Positions 48,433 to 57,757 of a stretch of DNA of 64,000 nt are shown here, piece after piece; the stretch's first letter is position 1, and each line of letters opens with the position of its first letter. The position numbers and the translations under genes were made by a program. The notes below the pieces were generated by a model. It did not search any database, was not told the origin of the DNA, and saw only the letters and a program-made list of their open reading frames with translations. This DNA is from a virus: the IMG/VR virus record IMGVR_UViG_3300029827_000121, positions 1 to 64,000 of that record; one strand, given 5' to 3'.

Positions 48433-51117
48433 TTAACTCGGCTTTTCAGTCATTTGTGACAATGCAGTTTCAGTTCCTTTTTGTATAATAGTAGCCAGAT
48501 CAAGATAAACATTATTCTTACTTTGTGGATCATACAATTTAATCGTATCATCGGAATTTAATCCTAAAATGATGAACGTTCCTTTACTTGTCTCAACCAT
48601 TTTCCCGGTATTATTACTTACCGCTTCCCTGATTTCCCTTGCGGCGTTTGTATACGCTTCCGTTCGAGCCGCCGCCTCATTACTGCCCTTCCTTGAATTC
48701 TTGGTATATTCACTATTGGCATTGAGAACACGGTTTAAATCCTCTTCCACCATAAAAAATTTATCGGCTCTTTTATCTCCGCTTGCTTTCGCTTCAAGTA
48801 TCTTGTTTAAATCTTCCTCGCCTATATTCGGCCTTGATCCTCCCAAACTCAAATCACCATCGGGATAACTGGTTTCAATCCTTTCCCAAAATTGGATTCC
48901 GTATCTTTTCGCGTCCCATTCATCCATTTCTTTTGTATCAAGAGGGAGTCTTCCCGTTTCATCAAAAAAAGCCTGTACATCCGCTTCCGAATAATCCGAT
49001 CCGGCCTTTTTAAATCTTGCCGCCACGGTTTGCACCGTTTCGGTCGTACCTTCACCCTCCGTCGTCGTTGTTCCCGTCTGGTTATTCACCGTTACCGTAT
49101 CGCCCGATACGATATCCTTGTAAATGTAATTTGAACTTTCATTTACGATATATCCCTTATCGGCGTTTTCACCTAAAAACTTGTTGGCGTCAACGATGTT
49201 ATCAAACGATTGTACAAATTTTCCAGTTTCATCAGTTACGTTATAAACCGGTTTGATGTCGAATTCAAGTTCTCCGGTAAGTCCTTTGGTAAATGTCTGA
49301 CTGATTAATTCAGCCGCTTCAGGATCTGTTCTTAGTAAATTCTGATAACGTTTAGATTGTTCAATGGCATCCCATTCTTTATCCAACTCATTCCATTTAA
49401 GACCTTGAAACATTCTCGCCGCATTGCCTTCGGAATCCTCCCATCCACCTCCAAGCGTTTCAATAAGATTTAATCCTTCAGCGCTGGCTTTGGCTTCCTC
49501 CCATGTATCATAAGTCGAAGCCAGTGTTGCCATATCCGTCAATGCTCCGGCGAATCTTTCCGCCCCGATATCGTTAATAAGCTGATCAACATCAAAAGTA
49601 ACGTCATAACCCATGAACGGAAAAAGTTCTTTGAGTATGCGTTGCGCCTTGACGATATTATCGGGATCTTGAGACTGAAGCAGCATATTCGAATATTGTA
49701 GATTACGTTCCCACGTTCGTTCTCCAAGCGGAGTCGCATCCAGCATCTTCATGTATTCTGAAGTTGAAATTTCTCCCATTCCATAATATCTCGCTCGATC
49801 ATTGATCGCTTCAAGCGACGATCCACCATTAATCATTTCCTGAAGCGAATTGTATATCTCATCGCCCACTCTGTTTTTCAATGACAATAGTTCGGAATCG
49901 TATCTCGCGGCGATTGAATCCCTGTCGTCATCAGTAAATTCCGTACCATATTGAGAATTAATGGTATCAACCGGAATACCACTATTTATATCCCTTACGA
50001 CGGATTGCATTTCCGCATCATTCAATCCGTATCGGGCGGCATCATTTGCGATATCACCTGCGGTAATGGTTTGTTCGCGAGTTTTCAAAACATAATCGCG
50101 ATCCTCCACGAATTGCGTATAATTGATAGTACGTCCCGTAATCTGTTTTACAAGCGCCGCATAATTGTCATAATCTCCGGCATTAAGAAATTGTTGGGCA
50201 TCATTCCATTTATCGCTTTTCTTAAGCTGATATAAATTTTCACTTGCCGTTTGATTCGCTATATCCATGCTTTGAAGTTGCCGCGCTTTATACTCCCTCG
50301 CCGTTGTATAATCCTCTTCAGTGGCATCCGGATATTTCTGCTTCCACGTTTCATATGATGTGGTTTGCGCGTCATCAGCCATACGGGCAAATGCCTGATC
50401 GCCATATTTTTGTCTTTCAAAATCCATCCCCCGCGCTGTAGCCACTTCTCCGGGCAATTGTCGTGCGGCAGTAAACGCCTGTTCCGATTCCTGCTTTCTC
50501 AAATTAGACATAAGCTCATTTTCCTGAGCACCAATCTGTCTTCCCAGCCGCGCCTCTTCCGTAGCAGCTTCCCTACCTTTTATCCCCATCTGCGCCTGTT
50601 CCTGAGCCAAAGCACCTTTCGCCGCGACCGCCTCACCGGCAAAACGTTCCCGCTCCCCTTCTCTGATAGCGGTATTCACTGGACTTTCATAATCGGCGTA
50701 CCGTTCAAGACGCTGCAATCCACGGGTAGTATATGGTTTATATGTATCATCAATGATGGTATTATCATCGGGAGATTTCCCCAACTGATAACCCTTCATA
50801 TTATTTTCACGTTCCATAGTCTGGAGATTTTCCTGTCCTCCCAATTGCGACGCGGGAATAACACCAAATTGACCATCAGATTCGATATTCACCTGTTCGC
50901 CTTCATGAACGGTTTTCGGTCCCTGATTGGTATTCAATATGCCGGTCGGTCTTTCCGGTTGCAACTGTTTGTCATTGCCATATCCCGTGAAAAAAGATTG
51001 CTTGCCGGGAAGACCGATTACTCCCAACCGGTCCCAAAGAGCATCGATATTCTCTTTCTGACGTTCCTCTTCCGTTTTCTGGTTTCTGGCCAGAAATGGA
51101 TAATTGCTCGAAGTCAT
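48433..51117 (-). CDS. Putative internal virion protein, 894 aa
   Basis: Large acidic helical ORF in the virion operon. Confidence 0.55.
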   Translation of the reverse strand: MTSSNYPFLARNQKTEEERQKENIDALWDRLGVIGLPGKQSFFTGYGNDKQLQPERPTGILNTNQGPKTVHEGEQVNIESDGQFGVIPASQLGGQENLQTMERENNMKGYQLGKSPDDNTIIDDTYKPYTTRGLQRLERYADYESPVNTAIREGERERFAGEAVAAKGALAQEQAQMGIKGREAATEEARLGRQIGAQENELMSNLRKQESEQAFTAARQLPGEVATARGMDFERQKYGDQAFARMADDAQTTSYETWKQKYPDATEEDYTTAREYKARQLQSMDIANQTASENLYQLKKSDKWNDAQQFLNAGDYDNYAALVKQITGRTINYTQFVEDRDYVLKTREQTITAGDIANDAARYGLNDAEMQSVVRDINSGIPVDTINSQYGTEFTDDDRDSIAARYDSELLSLKNRVGDEIYNSLQEMINGGSSLEAINDRARYYGMGEISTSEYMKMLDATPLGERTWERNLQYSNMLLQSQDPDNIVKAQRILKELFPFMGYDVTFDVDQLINDIGAERFAGALTDMATLASTYDTWEEAKASAEGLNLIETLGGGWEDSEGNAARMFQGLKWNELDKEWDAIEQSKRYQNLLRTDPEAAELISQTFTKGLTGELEFDIKPVYNVTDETGKFVQSFDNIVDANKFLGENADKGYIVNESSNYIYKDIVSGDTVTVNNQTGTTTTEGEGTTETVQTVAARFKKAGSDYSEADVQAFFDETGRLPLDTKEMDEWDAKRYGIQFWERIETSYPDGDLSLGGSRPNIGEEDLNKILEAKASGDKRADKFFMVEEDLNRVLNANSEYTKNSRKGSNEAAARTEAYTNAAREIREAVSNNTGKMVETSKGTFIILGLNSDDTIKLYDPQSKNNVYLDLATIIQKGTETALSQMTEKPS

Positions 51118-51132
51118 TTTACATGTCCTTTA

Positions 51133-51567
51133 TTAGCACCCCATGAACCATAATTTTTCCACGGTCGTTCCCTTGCGGTATATCCGACGATACACTTCCT
51201 CATGAAGAATGCCGCCGGTATATTCACCGACGGTAACGATATTGTTGTATTTCAATATCCCTTTGATATTATTTCCATTATCGTCATCACCCACCCGGAT
51301 TTTCGTATCGTTGAATCGCGCCGCAATAATATGATCCATTCTCGTCGGAGTGCTGCCGTCCTGCAAAGTAAATACGTTCGGATCATTCGCAAGCACCCAT
51401 GTCAAGTAAGCGCTGTTCGGATAATTCGGAGCGCCGACCAGTACATTTTCAGGTTGCCGTACATTGCCGTGCGGATCGTTTCTTATTTCATCGATATCGC
51501 AATACTCCGGCGCATTTTTGTCTTTCGTTCGCAGCCACACATCACTTACAGGGTAACATTTCAACAT
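51133..51567 (-). CDS. Hypothetical virion-associated protein
   Basis: RBS AAGGAG. Confidence 0.6.
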   Translation of the reverse strand: MLKCYPVSDVWLRTKDKNAPEYCDIDEIRNDPHGNVRQPENVLVGAPNYPNSAYLTWVLANDPNVFTLQDGSTPTRMDHIIAARFNDTKIRVGDDDNGNNIKGILKYNNIVTVGEYTGGILHEEVYRRIYRKGTTVEKLWFMGC

Positions 51568-51578
51568 CTTTCACTCCT

Positions 51579-51749
51579 TTACTGAGGATATACCCATTGA
51601 TTTAATCGATCTATCTGCCGTTGCAATTCCTTTTGTTTGGCGGAAGTCTGTTTCGCCCATTCAATCAATTGCATCAACGATTCCGGATTTTTCGGATCGA
51701 TCATATCCAATTGAATGTTTTGTGATTGAATTTCATTTCTTTGAGCCAT
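51579..51749 (-). CDS. Small hypothetical protein (56 aa)
   Basis: Hand-translated MAQRNEIQSQNIQLDMIDPKNPESL...; fills the operon gap. Confidence 0.5.
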   Translation of the reverse strand: MAQRNEIQSQNIQLDMIDPKNPESLMQLIEWAKQTSAKQKELQRQIDRLNQWVYPQ

Positions 51750-51933
51750 TTTTTATTTTCGATGTCTGTTTTTTTAACTGATCATTTTCCTGTGCCAACG
51801 CAGCATAATTTTTGCATAAAAAAGTAATTACTCCATTTAATTCATCAACTATTCTCCGTGTTCGCAATTCAATTTGTTCCAAACTGACCGGTTGTTGTTT
51901 CTGTTGAACATTCGTTTCATCGCCATTTGACAT
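51733..51933 (-). CDS. Small coiled-coil protein (possible fibre chaperone)
   Basis: RBS GAGGAG; downstream of the tail fibre. Confidence 0.5.
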   Translation of the reverse strand: MSNGDETNVQQKQQPVSLEQIELRTRRIVDELNGVITFLCKNYAALAQENDQLKKQTSKIKNGSKK

Positions 51934-51944
51934 AAAGATTCTCC

Positions 51945-52247
51945 TCACGTAATATCTTCGTTTATACCTTCGACATAAAGATCTTTTAATTTATTCGCGA
52001 GCATTGTATTAAAATTGCTGTAATTTATCAATGCCGTATATATTTCATGTGGCGTCCACGGCACATCTTTTTCAGAACCAAGATATTCTATATCCATTAT
52101 TACAGGTGCTTTCATAACGCCGTTCTTCGCTATACCGATCATCTGCATTGAACCCGCATGATATTTACCCGTTTCCGGACAATATGCGGGAATTCGCATA
52201 CGTACGGTAATCTCATCCATTTTCGTTGCCGTGTAATTTTTTGACAT
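51945..52247 (-). CDS. Hypothetical protein
   Basis: Immediately follows the tail fibre gene. Confidence 0.55.
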   Translation of the reverse strand: MSKNYTATKMDEITVRMRIPAYCPETGKYHAGSMQMIGIAKNGVMKAPVIMDIEYLGSEKDVPWTPHEIYTALINYSNFNTMLANKLKDLYVEGINEDIT

Positions 52248-55094
52248 TTAAGCTCCCAACATTAAAACGTGATCCGGTAATGATGCATGACCGGAAGTTT
52301 CCCAAATTTCTCCCGCCGACGCCCCGGCAGCCACTTGTGTCGCACCGGATTTGACCAGATATAAATAAACACCTCCATCGGATTCTATTCCAAGTGCAGA
52401 AGCACCGGCTCCGGCGGTTGTATTTGCGGAAGTATAGAAATATATCGCGGTCGGCGCATTCCCCGTTACCGATCCACGACTACCGATTAATAACAAATTT
52501 TGACTGACATTACATAAAGTTGCTAATATTGCCATTCCATCAGCGTCGGTATCGTATTGGGTACATTGAATATGACAACGTTTATTGGTATTATCGGTTC
52601 GTGTATTTAACCCTTCGTCAGCACCAAGAAAAATTGTTTTAGCACTTGACCAAATATCTAATATTCCGCCTAATCTATTCTGTGCCGTTCCGTCTTGGTA
52701 AATGCCGTAATCGATACCGCTGGATTCGTTCAAATACAACATATAGGACGTTCCGCCAATGGTGCCGTCAAGATCAGCAATTATCCGTACACCAAAAGCA
52801 TCCCCGGTTATTTCATTCGCCGCTTCCTGATCAATACTGAAATCTCCACAGCTCACATACCCCCATATTTTTCCACCATTTAAATCCAACAGATTATATG
52901 AGTGTATTATATTTCTTGAATTGGAGACATCTCCGATATTTCCATCTTCAAATTGAAATTCGTTATAAACCCCCCTCGTACTTCCTATTGTTCCGCCAGC
53001 CTGATTCAGATTGTTATAATTATAAAAACCGTAAAAATAATCGTCCGCATCACTGGCCCCCGCTGTCTTAATCAATCTCTGATATATACCATAAAATGTA
53101 TCTGTAAACGAAAGTGTGGCATCATCAATATTTATATACCGATTCGGGTCTGCGGTAGTGTTAATCCCAAGCCATCCAACATTGTCAAGTTCTTGGCTGT
53201 TCCAGTCGAACGATGCCGCCGCATCCCCACTCAAATCGGCAAGCAGTTCAGCCCCGGTGCGATAATCGATATTATTGCTTGCATCAAGTACAAGAATTTT
53301 ATTTGTATCAGTTCCGGCATCCGCACAAGTATTAAGTCTTACTGTGCCGGTAAATGCATGCGCTCCCGCTCCCACCAGTGTTGAATTGTAAACTAAATTG
53401 GAACCGTCGTAATAAATACCGGCATCCTGACCGTCGCCGAATATTATCATATCAGTATCGGAATCGATTTGAATATCACCGTATATTCTGGCGGTCACCG
53501 TTGAAGCATTGCCGATTACGGTGGTATTGCTGCCGATACCGTTACCTTGATATCCAATAACTATTTCATTGGTTTCGCCATTAGCAGCAGGTCGAGTATC
53601 AACTCCAATAAATATAGAATTACTTCCTGCTGTATTATTGCCTCCACCTACTATATAAGTTCCGGCATAATGTCCGATCCCTACATTATAATCTGGATCG
53701 ACTATATTATATAAAGCTCTATAACCAATTCCACAATTAGAATCTCCTCCCGCTAATGCATACAAAGCCTGGGTGGATATTCCGCAATTATATTCACCAC
53801 CATCGCAATTGTAAAGAGCCTGACGTCCAATAGCAGTATTATATCTACCTGTAGTATTTTTATATAAAGCTGAATAACCTATTCCAAGATTGCTCCCTCC
53901 GGTTGTACAAAGTGCCAGAGCATCTCTTCCTATAGCAATACAATAAGGGGCATCCGTTAAACTTGTAAGAGCCTGCGGTCCAATAGCTATATTATTATAT
54001 CCTAGAGCTACATTTAATAATGACTTCCATCCAATACCCAAATTGTATGAAGCTTCAGAGATATTCGTTGCCGCCGCACCCATAATAAAATTACCGGCAT
54101 CTTCTCCTATAAACAAATTATGTCCGACCGGAATTGCTCCCCCGCCGGTCGGATGCTTAAAATCATGTAAAAATCTGTCACCATTCTTTCTTACAACACC
54201 GGTAATCGCTGATATGGTATTTACCAAATCAATACAATTTGTCAAATCAACATAAGCACCATACAATGTCGCTACATTGGTAACATCCTGACTATTAAAA
54301 GAAAATGCCGCTCCCGCATCCCCGCTCAAATCAGCCAGTAATTCCGTACCGGTACGATAATCAATAAACCCTCCGGCATCCCTCACGAGAAATGCATTGA
54401 CATCCGCTCCCGCATCGGCGCAAACATCAAGATATACCGCGCTGTTCAAATCAATCTGCGTATCCGCTTCCAGATCAAGATGCCCGTCGTTAAGCGACGC
54501 TATATAGATAGCCGCATCCCTGAATTGCAACTGCATGGTGGAATTAATGCGTATACCGGTATCGGCGATATGGGTAAGTATTACTTCCTGATCGTCACCC
54601 AGATAAATAATTCCGCCATCCGCAAGATAAAGATCTGAAAATTCAAGAGCAGCGGTTCCAAGCGACGCTCCATCAGCCGCATTCGGCGTGAAATCAATCG
54701 TTGCCTGAATATGATCGGTAGTCAGCGTATTCGTACCGTAATTATAGGTAAATGCCGCTTCGGCGGCCATGACGCCTCCGGCATTATACTGTACCTGCGT
54801 ATCCGCTCCCGCGACTGCCGCCGCTCCCGGAGCGATCCAAGCAAGATTCCCCGCTCCATCGGTATACATGATTTCATTGGCAACGCCGTCGGCTGCGGGA
54901 AGCTGCCAAAGACTGTCTTCAACCATGGATATTTCAGAATCCCATGTAAGCAACTGGTTGTTCGTCGGTTGATTGATAGTCGCTTTTGCTGACTTCAAAT
55001 TGCGTATATCATCCGAAATGCCATTTATTTCCCTTTCCATTTTGGCAATGGCATTAAGTAGATCACGGGAATTAGTAATAATTGATTTCGTCAT
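52248..55094 (-). CDS. Tail fibre/spike with 14-residue NxAIGxxAL beta-roll repeats
   Basis: N-terminal coiled coil; repeats NIAIGPQAL, NTAIGRQAL, NCGIGYRAL; internal duplication. Confidence 0.8.
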   Translation of the reverse strand: MTKSIITNSRDLLNAIAKMEREINGISDDIRNLKSAKATINQPTNNQLLTWDSEISMVEDSLWQLPAADGVANEIMYTDGAGNLAWIAPGAAAVAGADTQVQYNAGGVMAAEAAFTYNYGTNTLTTDHIQATIDFTPNAADGASLGTAALEFSDLYLADGGIIYLGDDQEVILTHIADTGIRINSTMQLQFRDAAIYIASLNDGHLDLEADTQIDLNSAVYLDVCADAGADVNAFLVRDAGGFIDYRTGTELLADLSGDAGAAFSFNSQDVTNVATLYGAYVDLTNCIDLVNTISAITGVVRKNGDRFLHDFKHPTGGGAIPVGHNLFIGEDAGNFIMGAAATNISEASYNLGIGWKSLLNVALGYNNIAIGPQALTSLTDAPYCIAIGRDALALCTTGGSNLGIGYSALYKNTTGRYNTAIGRQALYNCDGGEYNCGISTQALYALAGGDSNCGIGYRALYNIVDPDYNVGIGHYAGTYIVGGGNNTAGSNSIFIGVDTRPAANGETNEIVIGYQGNGIGSNTTVIGNASTVTARIYGDIQIDSDTDMIIFGDGQDAGIYYDGSNLVYNSTLVGAGAHAFTGTVRLNTCADAGTDTNKILVLDASNNIDYRTGAELLADLSGDAAASFDWNSQELDNVGWLGINTTADPNRYINIDDATLSFTDTFYGIYQRLIKTAGASDADDYFYGFYNYNNLNQAGGTIGSTRGVYNEFQFEDGNIGDVSNSRNIIHSYNLLDLNGGKIWGYVSCGDFSIDQEAANEITGDAFGVRIIADLDGTIGGTSYMLYLNESSGIDYGIYQDGTAQNRLGGILDIWSSAKTIFLGADEGLNTRTDNTNKRCHIQCTQYDTDADGMAILATLCNVSQNLLLIGSRGSVTGNAPTAIYFYTSANTTAGAGASALGIESDGGVYLYLVKSGATQVAAGASAGEIWETSGHASLPDHVLMLGA

Positions 55095-55100
55095 ATTCTA

Positions 55101-56561
55101 TCAATACATCGCACAGGTTGATTTTCCCTGATTTTCAATCACATCATTGTATAACCATTCGATCGCATCCGCCGTCAATATTGATCCGACAATTCGCGGT
55201 TCAAATCCGATTACCGAACCGGAATAAAATTCAATAGGACCGGCATATGATCGATTCGTTTTCAAAAGCCGTGTATTCGCGAACGATTTGTTTTCATAAA
55301 CTTCAACCGTCGTTTCATGTCGAATAATGACAATCATCGTCCATTGCGTCAGTGCCGCGCTTAACGCGACCTTCCAGTTATTCACCCCATCATCCCAATC
55401 AAGATTCCATCCATATCCGTTTTTGATCAATTTGATTGTCAAATCGGCATTGCTAATTATCGTACAGGGAGACGCCGGAGATTTTACCCATAACACGATA
55501 CTGATATCTCCTGAGGGTAAATCCGTATCCACGCTCATACTTTCGGAAGCATTAAATACGATCGCCGATCGTGTATTCCCATCAGGACCGCCAATTACTC
55601 CGGAAAAACTTCCGGTTGTCCGCTGATTGCTTCCCTTATCCCACGGCATTTTATGGGAACCATCTTCCAGATTTACAAGTTCAATACTTCTGCCGATCCA
55701 TATGATCGAATCAGCCATCAACTCAGCCCATGTCTTTTCGCTCATCTGCTTTTCGGGCGGTGCGGCGGCGGTATCGATCTGCTCATACCATTGCTGCATA
55801 TTAACCAATCGCCACGGTGCTCCGACAAGTCTCAATCCGGCCTGTATACTTTCGCTTTCTATATGCCGGTCAGAAACAATCTGCGCTTTTCTCGGGAAAT
55901 ATTTTACTACCGCCCGATCATCAGGACTCGAATCCTCACGGAAATACATGCTCGATTTGAAATTTTTCCTGAAACCGAATACATTATAATCGCCGGTATT
56001 TCTTCGATCTTTATACCATGGTTTTAAATTGGCATGACTTTCCGAATGTCGTAATTTAGCGGTCGCTTCAATGGGCGGAACATGCTCTCTAAATAGAATA
56101 TCTGATTCAATTTCACTTCCACCATAATCCTCATTTCCGCCGTCAAGCCAGTGATCTTCCTTGCCCAGCCAGTAATGTTTGAACGAATCGCAATCGGTAA
56201 CAATTATCCGCTCTTCATCATTGTTATCAAAAATTTTACAGGTTCCCACCAAACCGATCGCATTGGGATAATCACTCCCCTGATATTCACTCCAGCTTAT
56301 TCCCTGTTTCTTTTCCTGCGGAACGCCTAATCGATAAATCCGGTCTGATTTGGTAACGTTCCTTCCGCCGGGAGCATAACTGTTTTCATATACATATATG
56401 TAATTAATTTTAGTTTCAGAAAAAAGATTGCCATCATCATCCCATACTTCAAGTTTTACCGTATATACACCGGGCATCCGGTAAACATGAACCGGTTCTT
56501 TTTCATTGGACGTTTCGCCGTCACCGAACGTCCATAAATATTTAGTAATAACACCGCTCAT
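55101..56561 (-). CDS. Virion protein: PKD domain, central region and LamG/ConA-like domain
   Basis: YLWTFGDG...HVY..PGVYTVKL; C-terminal SIVLWVK...WTMIVI. Confidence 0.7.
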   Translation of the reverse strand: MSGVITKYLWTFGDGETSNEKEPVHVYRMPGVYTVKLEVWDDDGNLFSETKINYIYVYENSYAPGGRNVTKSDRIYRLGVPQEKKQGISWSEYQGSDYPNAIGLVGTCKIFDNNDEERIIVTDCDSFKHYWLGKEDHWLDGGNEDYGGSEIESDILFREHVPPIEATAKLRHSESHANLKPWYKDRRNTGDYNVFGFRKNFKSSMYFREDSSPDDRAVVKYFPRKAQIVSDRHIESESIQAGLRLVGAPWRLVNMQQWYEQIDTAAAPPEKQMSEKTWAELMADSIIWIGRSIELVNLEDGSHKMPWDKGSNQRTTGSFSGVIGGPDGNTRSAIVFNASESMSVDTDLPSGDISIVLWVKSPASPCTIISNADLTIKLIKNGYGWNLDWDDGVNNWKVALSAALTQWTMIVIIRHETTVEVYENKSFANTRLLKTNRSYAGPIEFYSGSVIGFEPRIVGSILTADAIEWLYNDVIENQGKSTCAMY

Positions 56562-57754
56562 AATTTGAATGCCACTTCGAGAGGACGAACACCACTTCGA
56601 GGCGTACCGGTAAAGTCAAGCGTTACGGTGATGTAATCCTCTTTCGTTTCGGTATACAAACCATAAGAATAGGTTGAATTCAATGTAACTGTATAAATTC
56701 CCGGCGCATCATATCGGTGCGTCGGATTCTCTTCGGTGGAAATCTTTCCGTCACCGAAATCCCAGAGATACGATATCGGCGAACCCGATGATTCATTAGT
56801 AAAATTAACGGTTAACGGATATATACCGCTTAAAGGAGAACCGCTGAATTCAGCGTACGGTTCGGCGGGTGATTCCCAAACGTCATTTAAATATGTCACT
56901 CCGGTATCCGGCGTCCCACCGAATATATAAAGCCTTTTATTGTGATGAACAAAACAAAAATCACTTCTTTCGGTATATGCGTTTATCTGTGCGATTTCAG
57001 TAAAATTAAATCCATCATCCGTTTCCCATACATCATGATATGATGTACTGGTTGCCGTATTATAGCCGCCGACAATAGCTAAATTCTCACCTTCCTCATC
57101 TATCAAACCGCAATGTTCTCTTCTGACTCCATAAGCTGCGTTTCCAAGATTTACCCAATTAGCTCCATTATCTATCGATCGATAAACTACATGTGATGAA
57201 GCGCCGTTATCTCCATAATAACAGTATAAATTGCCTCCAAATGAAAACATTACATGTTCGCGAACCGCTTGCGGTAAATTCGCAACAAGTGCCCAATTAA
57301 TCATATCCGATGTTTTGTATATATTTTGTCTATATCCTCCTCCGCCATAACCACCGGATAAATAGATTTCTCCCTTATGTAAACAGTATGCGAATTCATG
57401 GCGTACACTCCACGCGGCGGCAGCCGTTCTTTCCGTCCACGTTATACAATCGGGAGAAGACCAGACATCATTTAAAAATGCCGCTTGTTCGGAACCGCCG
57501 AAAACCCAAAAAAGTCCATTAAAATAAACGAATCCGTGCGCCGCTCTCGCCGACCATCCGGGAGTATCGGTAAGAAGTTCCCATGATATTCCATCCTTAG
57601 TTCTCCATACTTCAGCGACTCTCACTCCTGCTGCATTCGTATTCCCACCGGTCATATAGATATAATCACCGACTGAAACGGCTCTCATCAATCTGCGTTC
57701 AGACCAAGGAGCGGCGGCAAGTTTCTGAGTCCAGTCATTAAGAATAATAGGCAT
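56558..57754 (-). CDS. Kelch beta-propeller plus PKD domain virion protein
   Basis: Repeated WSxR...(W/Y)xxGG...NDVW; YLWDFGDG. Confidence 0.85.
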   Translation of the reverse strand: MPIILNDWTQKLAAAPWSERRLMRAVSVGDYIYMTGGNTNAAGVRVAEVWRTKDGISWELLTDTPGWSARAAHGFVYFNGLFWVFGGSEQAAFLNDVWSSPDCITWTERTAAAAWSVRHEFAYCLHKGEIYLSGGYGGGGYRQNIYKTSDMINWALVANLPQAVREHVMFSFGGNLYCYYGDNGASSHVVYRSIDNGANWVNLGNAAYGVRREHCGLIDEEGENLAIVGGYNTATSTSYHDVWETDDGFNFTEIAQINAYTERSDFCFVHHNKRLYIFGGTPDTGVTYLNDVWESPAEPYAEFSGSPLSGIYPLTVNFTNESSGSPISYLWDFGDGKISTEENPTHRYDAPGIYTVTLNSTYSYGLYTETKEDYITVTLDFTGTPRSGVRPLEVAFKL

Positions 57755-57757
57755 TTG

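Noticed and set aside
52248-55094. Diversity-generating retroelement acting on the tail fibre
   Set aside because: No reverse transcriptase, and the duplicated segments do not differ specifically at adenines.
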